DNA of 64,000 bases from Gemmatimonadota bacterium (GCA_040389905.1 JAZJZK010000008.1:1-64000); one strand, 5' to 3'. Shown: positions 1-9,792, numbered from the stretch's first letter. The notes: generated by a model not told the origin, from the letters alone. Numbers and translations are program-made.

Positions 1-93
1 GTCCTCTGTGTCCTCTGTGTCCTCTGTGTCCTCTGTGTCCTCTGTGTCCTCTGTGTCCTCTGTGTCCTCTGTGTCCTCTGTGTCCTCTGTGGT
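1..93. repeat. Tandem 9-mer (GTCCTCTGT)x10, truncated by the window edge; expanded right arm of palindromic repeat family A
   Basis: Ten perfect units at 1-90 followed by GGT, the same ending as CTCTGTGTCCTCTGTGGT at 14360-14377. Confidence 0.95.
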
Positions 94-153
94 AAATGCA
101 GTTCCGCTGGTAATAGGTGCAGCTCCGCTCGTGACAATCTCTTAAGGACTCCA

Positions 154-3100
154 ATGTTCATTTCGGATTTTGCGATCAAGAAGCCACTCATCACCGTCGT
201 CTCGATGGTGGCGCTCGTGGTGTTCGGCTTGTTCGCGCTGCTCAAACTCAAGACAGACGAATTCCCCGACGTCGCCCCACCCGTCGTGATGGTTGGCATT
301 CCGTATCCTGGCGCATCGCCCGATGGCGTCGAGAAGGAAATCCTCGATCCCATCGAAGAGCAGATCGCGTCGATCAGTGGCGTCAAGCACATCAGCGGCA
401 AGGCGTACGACGGATTCGGACAGATCATCATCGAGTTCGAATTCTCGAAGGATCTCGCCGAGGCCACGCAGGATCTCCGTGACGCGATTTCGTCGAAGCG
501 TGCGGACCTTCCCGTCGAGATGAAAGAGCCGATCATCAAGAAGTTCAACGACACCGATCGTCCCATCGTGTCGCTTGCGCTGTCCAGCGTCACGCTGTCA
601 CAGGCGGAGCTCACGCGGCTCGCGGATCCCACGATCACCCGCGAACTGCGGTCGATCTCCGGTGTCGCGGAAGTCACCGTCGCCGGCACGATCGAGCGCG
701 AACTCACCGTTGAGCTGGATCCTTCGCGCATGCAGGCCGCACAGGTGAGCGTTGGTCAGGTTGTGCAGGCACTCCAGGCGCAGAACCTCGCTGCCCCCGT
801 GGGCCGCGTCACCGGTGCGATGGACGAGCGCTCCATTCGCCTCAAGGGGCGCATGGAGAATGCGCAGGAGTTCACGCAACTCGTCGTGGCCGACCGCAAT
901 GGCATCATCACGCGACTCGGCGACGTCGCCAACGTGCGGGATGGAACGGAAGAGCCGCGCACCCTCGCGCTCTATGGGTCTGGCGGTAGCGAGCGTGAGG
1001 CCGTTGGCATCGATATCAAGAAGTCGAAAGGATTCAGCACCACCGACGTGAGCGACCGCATCCGCGCTCGGGTCGAACAACTCCAGCCAACACTTGGACA
1101 AGGGACGAAGCTCGAGCTCGTGAAGGACACAGGTGTGCGCGTGGACCATGCGGTGTGGAACGTCGAAGAGGCGCTGCTTGAAGGCGCCGTGCTCACCGTT
1201 CTCGTCGTCTTCCTCTTCCTCAACTCCTGGCGGTCCACCGTCATCACGGGACTCGCGCTACCCGTCTCCGTGCTGGCGAGCTTCATCGCCGTCTGGGTGA
1301 TGGGCTTCAAGCTCGAAACCATGTCGTTGCTCGGCCTCTCGCTCGCGATCGGCATCCTGATTGACGACGCCATCGTGGTTCGAGAGAACATCGTGCGTCA
1401 CGTCGAAATGGGGAAAGACCATTTCCTTGCGGCAAAGGAGGGCACCGATGAAATCGGACTCGCCGTTGCCGCGACGACGTTCTCGATTCTCGCGGTATTC
1501 TTCCCCATTGGCTTCATGCCCGGCGTTGGAGGGCAGTGGTTCAAGCCGTTTGCGCTGACGATCGCGTGCTCCGTGCTCGTGTCGCTCTTCGTGTCGTTCT
1601 CGCTCGATCCCATGCTCTCCGCCTACTGGGCGGATCCGCACCGCACGGAAGAGCAGAAGTCCTGGATCACGAAGAAGCTCGACATCTTCAACAACTGGTT
1701 CAACCGGCAGGCGGAGAATTACAAGCTCGTCATCGCATGGGCGCTCGATCATCGGTCGGCGATGGTGGCGCTTGCGATCGGCACCTTCTTCGCGTCATTC
1801 ACGCTGTTCACCGCGGGCCTGCTCGGCCTGGTGGCTGCCTTGGCGAGCGTCGGCGTCGTGGTGTTCGCCCTGACGAGCAAGCGGCTCGTGACTCCCGTGA
1901 AGGTGGTCGTGGCAGTTCTGGGCATTGCGATGTTCGTGAAGCTCCCTGCGCTCGTTGCAAAGCAGGGAGGCGTGATGCGCACCGTTGGGGTTGGCTTCTT
2001 CCCTGAAGACGACAAGGCGGAGTTCACGATTGCCCTCGAGACGCCGCCGGGCTCCAACCTCGCCTACACGCGGCTCAAGGCGCAGGAAGCCGCGCGCGTC
2101 GCCCGCAGTCACAAGGAAGTGAAGTACACCTACACCACACTCGGTGGCGGAGCCTCCGGCACGGTGGACGAAGGGGCGATCTACGTTCGCCTGATCCCGA
2201 AGGATGAACGCAGCTTGAGCGCGGAGGAGTTCGCGCAGGTGCTCCGCGGTGAGATGAAGAACATCGCCGGCGTGTCACTCTCGGTCTTCACGAGCGACTT
2301 CGGCGGCGGTCGCAAGCAGTTGCAGTACCAACTCCGCGGCAACGATCTCCATGCCATCAACCAGGCAGCGGAGCAGGTGCTGGCACTCGTAAAGGCCACA
2401 CCGGGCGCGGTCGACGTTGATTTGTCGACCAAGGGCCAGAAGCCCGAACTCAACATCGACCTGAATCGCGGCGTGGCGGGATCACTCGGCGTCACGGTGG
2501 GCCAGCTCGCGCAATCGCTGCGGCCGGCCTTTGCCGGAATCGATGTTGGCGACTGGCAGGATCCCGCGGGTGAGATGCGCAATGTCGAAGTTCGGCTCAT
2601 CCCCGAAGCGCGTCGCAATGCGGAAGATCTTCGAAAGATTCCGCTCGTGGTGATCGGCCCGAATGGGGCGCCAAGCACGCTGCCCCTCGGACAGGTGGCC
2701 ACCATTCGCGAAGGCACAGGGCCCGCGATCATCGATCACTTCGATCGCAGTCTGGTGGTCGCCGTTCAGGCGAACGCCTCTGGCCGCGCCACCGGTGACA
2801 TCACCAATGACGTGGTTGCGAAGGTCGCGAAGATGACGTTGCCGCCCGGTGTACGATTTTCCCTCGCTGGCGACGCCGAAGGCCAGAACGAGGTCTTCGG
2901 ACAGATTGGCTTTGCGCTGGGCGTCGCGGTCATGCTCATGTATCTCATCCTCGTCGTGCAGTTCGGATCCTTCCTCGATCCGCTCGCGATTCTCATGTCA
3001 CTGCCGTTGTCCCTCATCGGCGTGCTGCTCGCACTGTCGATCACGAAGAACACGATCAACATCATGTCCCTCATTGGCGTGATCCTGCTGATGGGTATCG

Positions 3101-3477
3101 TTGCGAAGAACGCGATCCTGCTCATCGACTTCGCGAAATGGGCGCGTGAGAAGGATGGCAAGCCGCTTCGCGAAGCGCTCATCGAAGCCGGTGCGATCCG
3201 CTTGCGTCCGATTCTCATGACGACGTTCGCACTCATCGCCGGTATGATCCCCGTGGCGCTGGGCAGCGGCGAGGGCGCGCAGTTCCGTGCGCCGCTCGGC
3301 ATCGCGATCATCGGAGGCGTGCTCACCAGCACGTTGCTCACGCTGCTCGTGATTCCGACCTTCTACGAAGTGATGGACGAAATGCGCCAGTGGCTCGCGC
3401 GACGCTTCGGCTTCAACCCGCCGATGACGGCGGAGCACCCGGTACCCGCGGCCGCCCGTCCCGCCATGGGCAACTGA
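154..3477 (+). CDS. RND efflux permease (AcrB/AcrD/AcrF family)
   Basis: 1107 aa; motifs GILIDDAIVVRENI, GIVAKNAILLID and RLRPILMTT; AAGGA RBS. Confidence 0.95.
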   Translation: MFISDFAIKKPLITVVSMVALVVFGLFALLKLKTDEFPDVAPPVVMVGIPYPGASPDGVEKEILDPIEEQIASISGVKHISGKAYDGFGQIIIEFEFSKDLAEATQDLRDAISSKRADLPVEMKEPIIKKFNDTDRPIVSLALSSVTLSQAELTRLADPTITRELRSISGVAEVTVAGTIERELTVELDPSRMQAAQVSVGQVVQALQAQNLAAPVGRVTGAMDERSIRLKGRMENAQEFTQLVVADRNGIITRLGDVANVRDGTEEPRTLALYGSGGSEREAVGIDIKKSKGFSTTDVSDRIRARVEQLQPTLGQGTKLELVKDTGVRVDHAVWNVEEALLEGAVLTVLVVFLFLNSWRSTVITGLALPVSVLASFIAVWVMGFKLETMSLLGLSLAIGILIDDAIVVRENIVRHVEMGKDHFLAAKEGTDEIGLAVAATTFSILAVFFPIGFMPGVGGQWFKPFALTIACSVLVSLFVSFSLDPMLSAYWADPHRTEEQKSWITKKLDIFNNWFNRQAENYKLVIAWALDHRSAMVALAIGTFFASFTLFTAGLLGLVAALASVGVVVFALTSKRLVTPVKVVVAVLGIAMFVKLPALVAKQGGVMRTVGVGFFPEDDKAEFTIALETPPGSNLAYTRLKAQEAARVARSHKEVKYTYTTLGGGASGTVDEGAIYVRLIPKDERSLSAEEFAQVLRGEMKNIAGVSLSVFTSDFGGGRKQLQYQLRGNDLHAINQAAEQVLALVKATPGAVDVDLSTKGQKPELNIDLNRGVAGSLGVTVGQLAQSLRPAFAGIDVGDWQDPAGEMRNVEVRLIPEARRNAEDLRKIPLVVIGPNGAPSTLPLGQVATIREGTGPAIIDHFDRSLVVAVQANASGRATGDITNDVVAKVAKMTLPPGVRFSLAGDAEGQNEVFGQIGFALGVAVMLMYLILVVQFGSFLDPLAILMSLPLSLIGVLLALSITKNTINIMSLIGVILLMGIVAKNAILLIDFAKWAREKDGKPLREALIEAGAIRLRPILMTTFALIAGMIPVALGSGEGAQFRAPLGIAIIGGVLTSTLLTLLVIPTFYEVMDEMRQWLARRFGFNPPMTAEHPVPAAARPAMGN

Positions 3478-3713
3478 TGGCCGACGAGTCCATCGCAGCG
3501 AGGCGCACCGCTATGCGGCGCGCAACGCTGCACTTGGTCCTCGGCATCATTATCCTTGATGCCGTCGCGCTGGGCGCGTACAAGCTGTTCGATATACAGT
3601 TCGCGCCGTACAAGACGCAGGTGATGTTCACGGTCGGCTGGACCGTCGCGACGGCTCTCGTCGTCGCTTTCCTGCTGAAGCGGGTGCGTGCGCTCAGAGG
3701 ACAACGACGCTGA
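3477..3713 (+). CDS. Small two-TM membrane protein (78 aa)
   Basis: ATG overlaps the RND stop (TGATG); two hydrophobic segments. Confidence 0.65.
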   Translation: MADESIAARRTAMRRATLHLVLGIIILDAVALGAYKLFDIQFAPYKTQVMFTVGWTVATALVVAFLLKRVRALRGQRR

Positions 3714-3714
3714 T

Positions 3715-3820
3715 TGACTCGGCTCGGATGACAGGTTCGTTTTGTCGCCCTAAACGAAGTGAAGGGCCTGCACCTGCTGTCACCCCGAGCGAGCGAAGCG
3801 AGTCGAGCGGGTCTGCACCT
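3715..3820. repeat. REP/RPE-like palindromic element cluster (family B)
   Basis: TGTCGCCCTAAACGAAGTGAAGGGCCTGCACC (3743) and TGTCACCCCGAGCG...TCGAGCGGGTCTGCACC (3778); similar copies at seven other loci. Confidence 0.85.
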
Positions 3821-3831
3821 CGCGCTGTTGG

Positions 3832-6800
3832 TCACGCCCACGCGGACAGCGCCGACTCCTCGACATCACTCGCGTTGATATCATCCTGCTCGGCCCACGC
3901 CGGAGCGTGAACCGGATGGAGACGCGGCAACGGAAACGGCTTCGCGTCTGCTACTGCACTCTTTGGCGACACTCGGCGGAATAGCTTCCGCGTCGCCGAC
4001 CAATTCTCCAGGAGCCGCTCCGCCGGCCGGCTCCCGGTGGCGTGAACGTGCCGGGCCAGAAGCTCGTGAATCCACAACTCGTCCGACGCCGAGAGGCTCT
4101 CCTCGATTCGCACCCATTCCTTATGGACGCGCGTTTCGAGTGCACCCTCTACGTCCAGTGCGAACAACACGCCTCCAGTCATCCCAGCACCGAGGTTGCG
4201 CCCCGTAGGCCCGAGGATGAGCACTCCACCGGCGGTCATGTATTCTGCGGCATGGTCGCCCGCGCCTTCCACGACGGCCACGGCACCGCTGTTGCGCACC
4301 GCGAATCGCTCGCCGACGCTACCCGCCAGGTAAGCGACACCACCCGTTGCACCGTAGAGCAGGGTGTTGCCCGCGATCACCTCATTCGTGCCGTCACGAT
4401 CGCCTGCCGTCGATGGTCGAATGACGATCTCTCCCCCCGACATGCCTTTGCCGACGTAGTCATTGGCCTCGCCATCGACGACGAGACGCATGCCGTCCAC
4501 GCAGAACGCGCCGAAGCTCTGACCCGCCGAGCCGCGGAAATGCAGGTGCACCGTGCGAGGGCCAACGGACCCTCCTCGCGACCACGACACCAGTTGGCCG
4601 GCAATGCGCGCCCCCACGGCGCGATCGGCATTCGAGATCGGAAGAATCAGTTCGACTGGGCAGACTCGGCCGTCCTCGAAGCGCAGTTCTCGCAACACGC
4701 GCTCGTCAATGCCGGCACCCGTCCGTGGAGGCGTGTTTCGGCGTGGCGTCGAATGGCGCTCGCTATCCGCTGGCGTCTCGAGAAGCACACGCTCGAGTCG
4801 TACGCGGCCGGCCTTGCCACCCACTTTCCCGTGCTGCACGAGCAGATCCGTGCGCCCTACGAGATCCGCGACGCGGCGCACACCAAGCATCGCGAGAATC
4901 TCTCGCACCTCCTCGGCCACGGCGACGAAAAAGCGGATCACATCGTCCGGTGTGCCGTCGAACTTCTTTCGCAGGTCCTCGCGTTGGGTGGCGATGCCCG
5001 CCGGACAGGTGTTCATGTGGCATTGCCGCGCCATGACGCAACCAGCCGCGACCAACGCCGCAGTGCCAAATCCGAACTCCTCCGCGCCAAGCATGGCGGC
5101 GATCACCACATCGCGTCCCGTTTTCATGCCGCCGTCCACCTGGAGCCGCACGCGCCCACGCAGGCCGCCGCGGACGAGCCCTTGCTGCGTTTCACTCAAC
5201 CCAAGCTCCCATGGCGTGCCGGCATTCTTGATCGACCCACGTGGTGACGCGCCGGTGCCGCCGTCGTGGCCACTGATCTGAATCGCATCGGCGTAGGCTT
5301 TTGCCACACCCACGGCGATCGTCCCGATGCCCGCGGACGACACGAGTTTTACACTGACGCTCGCGGCGGGATTGACACTCTTCAGGTCGTAAATGAGTTG
5401 TGAGAGATCTTCGATGCTGTAGATGTCATGATGCGGTGGCGGCGAGATGAGCGTGGTTCCAGCAACCGCGTGGCGCACGCGCGCGATGTGCTCGGTGACC
5501 TTCACTCCCGGAATCTGTCCACCTTCGCCAGGCTTGGATCCCTGCGCCATCTTGATCTGGATTTCGTCCGCGGACATCAGGTACGCCGCGGTCACGCCAA
5601 AGCGGCCCGACGCAACCTGCTTGATCCGTGCGCTCGCGCGGTCTGAACCCGATGTCGGCTTCCAGTGCAGCTCGTGTGGCTCACCACCTTCGCCGCTGTT
5701 GCTCCGCGCTCCCATCCGGTTCATGGCAATGGAGATTGCCTGCTGCGCCTCCGGCGAGAGAGAGCCAAGTGACATCGCCGCACTCATGAATCGCGGAAGG
5801 ATGTCCTCGACGGGCTCGACCTCCGAGAGCGCGATCGACTCCTGCGTCTTGAACTCCATCAGGTCACGCAGTGCGACGGGCGCTCGACTGTGCACGAGTT
5901 CCGCGAAGGCGCGATAGTCGAGCTTTGTGCCGGTGCGAATGGCGGTGTGGAGTGCCTTCACGACCCGTGGCTCGTAGGCGTGCGTGTCGCCGCCCTTCCG
6001 ATAGCGGTGCCACCCACCGTCTTCGAGTGCCGCGTCACTCTCGGTGAACGCGGCGCGGTGCCGCGCGAGCGTTTCGTCGGCGATGCCAGCGATGCCGAGT
6101 CCACTCACACTCGACGGTGTCCCTGTGAAATGGCGCGCAATGACGTGATTGGCGATGCCGATCGCCTCGAACAGTCCCGCCCCACGATACGATCGGAGTG
6201 TGGAGACCCCCATCTTCGCGATGATCTTCCGGAGCCCCTTCGCCAACGCCGCCCGATACCGTGTCTGCGCAACCTCGGCATCCATTGCATCATGCGCCGA
6301 CGACAGTTCGATCGCGGCGTATCCGAGGCGCGGGAACACCGCGTCGGCACCGAAGCCGAGGAGTGCCGCCACGGCGTGGTCGTCGCGCGCGTCGCCCGAG
6401 TCGACGACCAGACTCGTTTGAAGCCGCAGCCCCGCTCGGCTGAGATGCTGATGCAGTGCGGCGACAGCGAGCAGTGTGGGAAGGGCTGCGTGTGTCGCGT
6501 CGACTCCATCGTCGCAAAGGATCAGGCACGACGCGCCGCCGCGCGCCGCCTGGTCGCCATCGGCGACGAAGGCGTCGAGGGCCTTTGCGAATCCTCCACT
6601 TCCTTCCGCCGGATCGAACAGCAGCCCAAGGCGATGTGCCCTCCAATCCCTGTTCTGGTAGTCGAGTAGCGCTTCGATGTCGCCGGGCTCGAGAATGGGA
6701 TTGTCGAGATGGACGTGCGAGCCCGCCAAGGGCGCGTCCGCCAGCAGTGAGCCAGCAGCGCCAAGCCGAACGTCGAGAGACATCGTAAGCCCTTCGCGCA

Positions 6801-8424
6801 GGGAATCGATGGGCGGATTGGTCACCTGCGCGAATCGCTGGCGGAAATACGAAAAGAGCGATCGGTCGGTCGTCGACAACACGGCGAGCGGTGAGTCGTC
6901 GCCCATTGAACCGACTGGTTCGATCCCTTCCGCATACATGGGTCCCAGGACGAGCAGCAACTCCTCTCGTGTGCATCCCATGGCGCGAAGCGCACGAAGG
7001 TCGACGGCAGGAGAGACCACAGGACGTGCGGTGTCACTCGCCGCGCGCACGGCGGCGATCGGAATGCGACGCTCCCTCAGCCAATCAGCGTAAGGATGGC
7101 GAACGGCAAACTCGCGGTGCACGGCGTCTCGCTCGAGGAGGCACTGCCGCTCGAAGTCCACGATCAACATGTCGCCGGGTCCAAGTCGTCCGCGTCGTGC
7201 GACTCGCGCGCTATCCACGTCGAGCACACCGGCTTCCGATGACAGAAGCACAAGATGGTCAGTGGTGACGAGAAAACGGGCGGGCCGAAGGCCGTTACGA
7301 TCGAGGGCCGCGCCCGCGACGCGTCCATCGCTGAAGACGACGAGAGCGGGTCCGTCCCACGGTTCCATGAGCGAGGCCTGGTAGTCGAAGAAGGCGCGAA
7401 TGTCCGGCGCCATCGCGTCGTCTCCTTCCCAGGCGGGCGGCATGAGCAGCGACACGCCTTGCGACAGTTCGCGGCCCACCGACGTCACGGACGCCAATGC
7501 ATCGTCGAAACTCGCCGAGTCACTGGTGCCACGTGGTGTGCGCAATGCGCCCAACTGCGGTCCGCGGCCGCGATCGAACGAGGCCAGCTGCTGTGCGCGG
7601 GCCTGCATCCACCGCCGATTGCCGGCAATGGTGTTGATCTCACCATTGTGTGCGGCAAGACGAAACGGCTGCGTCATTCGCCAGGACGGTGCCGTATTGG
7701 TACTGAAGCGCTGATGAAAGAGCGCGAACGACGTCGCGTACGCGGTGTCTCTGAGATCGGGAAAGACGGCGACGAGATCGGTGGCGCGCACGAGTGCCTT
7801 GTAAACGAGCGTGCGGTGGCTGAGCGACGCGACATACAACTCATCAACGCCTGTGCCTGCGGCGCGCAACTCGATGACCCGACGAACGGCGAGTAACTCC
7901 CGCTCAAAGTCGGGTCGCGCAATGGAGTCCGGGCGCGGCACCAGCAGGTGCGCGAGCGCGGGTCGCGACTGGCGTGCCTTGGCGCCCAAGGCACTTTCGT
8001 CGAAGCGCACGGCGCGCCATCCGCACTTGGCGAATCCGCGTTGCGCAAGGATTCGTTCGACCAGTGCACGGGCGGCCTCCGAGGCGGCGACGTCACGTGG
8101 CAGAAAGACAAGGCCCACCGCCAACTCGCCAGGCGAGCAATCGAAGCCGAGCGCCTCGACTTCGGGCCGCAGCATGTCGAAGGGAATTTGCGTCATGACG
8201 CCGGCGCCATCACCGGTACGTCCATCGGCGTCGATGGCGCCGCGATGGGCCATGCGCGATAACGCGATCAACGCCTGCGCGAGCACGGAGTGACTCGCCC
8301 GGCCCCGAATATCGGCAAGGAGTCCAACGCCGCACGCGTCTTTCACTTCCTCTGGGAAACCGGTTCGTTCCGCCTGTTCTGTCGCCCTGAGCGTAGCGAA
8401 GGGCCCGCACGTGCTCTTGCTCAT
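3832..8424 (-). CDS. gltB: Glutamate synthase large subunit
   Basis: DACGVG Ntn-amidotransferase start, HQRFSTNT, AHNGEINT, IKMAQGSKPGEGG, CVMARQCHMNTCPAG 3Fe-4S motif; start moved to ATG 8424, which follows GGAGGAGG. Confidence 0.97.
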   Translation of the reverse strand: MSKSTCGPFATLRATEQAERTGFPEEVKDACGVGLLADIRGRASHSVLAQALIALSRMAHRGAIDADGRTGDGAGVMTQIPFDMLRPEVEALGFDCSPGELAVGLVFLPRDVAASEAARALVERILAQRGFAKCGWRAVRFDESALGAKARQSRPALAHLLVPRPDSIARPDFERELLAVRRVIELRAAGTGVDELYVASLSHRTLVYKALVRATDLVAVFPDLRDTAYATSFALFHQRFSTNTAPSWRMTQPFRLAAHNGEINTIAGNRRWMQARAQQLASFDRGRGPQLGALRTPRGTSDSASFDDALASVTSVGRELSQGVSLLMPPAWEGDDAMAPDIRAFFDYQASLMEPWDGPALVVFSDGRVAGAALDRNGLRPARFLVTTDHLVLLSSEAGVLDVDSARVARRGRLGPGDMLIVDFERQCLLERDAVHREFAVRHPYADWLRERRIPIAAVRAASDTARPVVSPAVDLRALRAMGCTREELLLVLGPMYAEGIEPVGSMGDDSPLAVLSTTDRSLFSYFRQRFAQVTNPPIDSLREGLTMSLDVRLGAAGSLLADAPLAGSHVHLDNPILEPGDIEALLDYQNRDWRAHRLGLLFDPAEGSGGFAKALDAFVADGDQAARGGASCLILCDDGVDATHAALPTLLAVAALHQHLSRAGLRLQTSLVVDSGDARDDHAVAALLGFGADAVFPRLGYAAIELSSAHDAMDAEVAQTRYRAALAKGLRKIIAKMGVSTLRSYRGAGLFEAIGIANHVIARHFTGTPSSVSGLGIAGIADETLARHRAAFTESDAALEDGGWHRYRKGGDTHAYEPRVVKALHTAIRTGTKLDYRAFAELVHSRAPVALRDLMEFKTQESIALSEVEPVEDILPRFMSAAMSLGSLSPEAQQAISIAMNRMGARSNSGEGGEPHELHWKPTSGSDRASARIKQVASGRFGVTAAYLMSADEIQIKMAQGSKPGEGGQIPGVKVTEHIARVRHAVAGTTLISPPPHHDIYSIEDLSQLIYDLKSVNPAASVSVKLVSSAGIGTIAVGVAKAYADAIQISGHDGGTGASPRGSIKNAGTPWELGLSETQQGLVRGGLRGRVRLQVDGGMKTGRDVVIAAMLGAEEFGFGTAALVAAGCVMARQCHMNTCPAGIATQREDLRKKFDGTPDDVIRFFVAVAEEVREILAMLGVRRVADLVGRTDLLVQHGKVGGKAGRVRLERVLLETPADSERHSTPRRNTPPRTGAGIDERVLRELRFEDGRVCPVELILPISNADRAVGARIAGQLVSWSRGGSVGPRTVHLHFRGSAGQSFGAFCVDGMRLVVDGEANDYVGKGMSGGEIVIRPSTAGDRDGTNEVIAGNTLLYGATGGVAYLAGSVGERFAVRNSGAVAVVEGAGDHAAEYMTAGGVLILGPTGRNLGAGMTGGVLFALDVEGALETRVHKEWVRIEESLSASDELWIHELLARHVHATGSRPAERLLENWSATRKLFRRVSPKSAVADAKPFPLPRLHPVHAPAWAEQDDINASDVEESALSAWA
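8380..8414. repeat. Family B repeat copy inside the gltB 5' coding region
   Basis: TGTCGCCCTGAGCGTAGCGAAGGGCCCGCAC is nearly identical to 43776-43807 and similar to 3743-3773. Confidence 0.85.
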
Positions 8425-8449
8425 TCGCCAATCCTCCTCCGATGGACGG

Positions 8450-8515
8450 AGAATGATCAGGCGAAGGCTATGCGTCAAACACAATTAAATCATGCAACCC
8501 ATGCCGAAAATGCAT
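8450..8515 (-). promoter_or_regulatory. Putative sigma70 promoter of gltB with LysR box
   Basis: Minus-strand TTGACG-17nt-CATTCT (8478-8450); ATGC-N7-GCAT T-N11-A palindrome at 8501-8515. Confidence 0.6.
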
Positions 8516-8535
8516 AGACTAATGGGAGCTATGGA

Positions 8536-8616
8536 CTAGGGGACCAGAGACAAGGAGCTGATTTGAATCATCGGCACCTGTCCCCTGTCTCCTGTCCCCT
8601 GTCCCCTGTTCCCTAG
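8536..8616. repeat. Heptamer (CCTGTCC)n inverted-repeat element
   Basis: Five CCTGTYY units at 8577-8611; degenerate complementary arm CTAGGGGACCAGAGACAAGG at 8536-8555; CTAG at both ends. Confidence 0.7.
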
Positions 8617-8646
8617 CACGTAGCCCTTAGCCTGGAGTCTCGCCCC

Positions 8647-9567
8647 ATGGATGTCCGGCAGCTCGAGATGTTCCGCGCGGTCGTCGAAGAGGGCTCGTTT
8701 ACACGAGCTGCTCTTCGGCTGCATGTCTCGCAGTCCGCAGTCAGCCGTCAATTGCAGCTGCTGGAAAGCGAGCTCGGGGGGCCGCTTCTCCACCGATCGG
8801 TGAAAGGCGTGACGCTGACCCCGGAGGGCGAGGTGCTGCTCCGGACGGCGAATCGCATCGAGCGCGACATTCGCGAGGTCGTCTGGGAGATCTCGGAGAC
8901 GCAGAAGCTCAAACGCGGCCAGCTTCGCATTGCCGGTGGTGGTACGGTCTGCCTGTATGTGCTCCCGAAGCTGCTCAAGCGATTCCATGCCCAACATAAG
9001 GATGTCGATTTGCTCGTAAAGACCGGGAGCACGATCGCCGTGCTGCAGTTGCTGCGGAATCACCAACTCGACCTCGCATTATTGACCCTTCCTATTCCCG
9101 GCGCCGACATGGAAGTCCGCTCGGTGCTGCGCGAGGAGCTCGTCGTCATAACCGCGCCCAAGCATCCGCTCACCTTGCGCAAGACGATCGATGCCAGAAG
9201 TCTGTCGGAACATCCGTTGGTCCTGTTCGAGCCTGGCTCGAACACGCGAATGCTGGTTGATCAGTTCTTCGCCGACCAGCAATTGCCGATGACCGTCGCC
9301 ATGGAAACGGAAAGTGTCGAGATCATCAAGGCCATGGTCGCGAGCGGACTCGGTATCGCGCTCGTGCCGTATGTGGCCATCGCCGCCGAAGTGCGCGCTC
9401 GCCGTTTCGCGTGGGCGCGCATTCATGGGCAGCGGCTCTACCGCGAACAGGGGTGGGTCTACCTCAAGTCAGACTACCTGCCGCGGCCCATCGTCGAAGT
9501 GCTGCGCGTGTTCGACGAAATGAAATCGGAATTCGGAGAGAAACCGCCCTCCAGAAAGGTGACGTAG
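8647..9567 (+). CDS. LysR-family regulator, divergent from gltB (GltC-like arrangement)
   Basis: N-terminal LysR HTH GSFTRAALRLHVSQSAVSRQL; 306 aa. Confidence 0.95.
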   Translation: MDVRQLEMFRAVVEEGSFTRAALRLHVSQSAVSRQLQLLESELGGPLLHRSVKGVTLTPEGEVLLRTANRIERDIREVVWEISETQKLKRGQLRIAGGGTVCLYVLPKLLKRFHAQHKDVDLLVKTGSTIAVLQLLRNHQLDLALLTLPIPGADMEVRSVLREELVVITAPKHPLTLRKTIDARSLSEHPLVLFEPGSNTRMLVDQFFADQQLPMTVAMETESVEIIKAMVASGLGIALVPYVAIAAEVRARRFAWARIHGQRLYREQGWVYLKSDYLPRPIVEVLRVFDEMKSEFGEKPPSRKVT

Positions 9568-9583
9568 GTCGCTCCACCTGAAG

Positions 9584-9729
9584 TGTGCGACGATTGCCAC
9601 ACGGTGTTGAGAATACGCAACACAATCGCCGCAGCGAGAGGCCGTTATCCCACCGTTATCTGTTCAAGCCATGAAGTAGCAATGAGTTACAGAGCATGAG
9701 AAAACGGTTGCCGTAGCATCGGGATTGCT
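9584..9729 (+). promoter_or_regulatory. Putative sigma54 promoter module of PEP-CTERM gene 1
   Basis: TGTGC-N8-CCACA (9584), TGTTG-N8-CAACA (9605), 23-bp box at 9666-9688, AG-N10-GC site TAGCATCGGGATTGC (9714; imperfect -24). Confidence 0.55.
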
Positions 9730-9792
9730 GTTCGAAAGGGTCTAGACTCGTCGCCAGAGTCATCGATCTCGCTTCTTCGGCCGCTGAAACCC

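Noticed and set aside
1..90. CRISPR array
   Set aside because: Contiguous 9-mers with no spacers, and no cas genes in the window
3728..3910. Short ORFs with CRPERSEGPAP or VTPSERSES peptides (also at 24084-24374 and 41592-41825)
   Set aside because: They are translations of family B repeats, with no RBS or coding context
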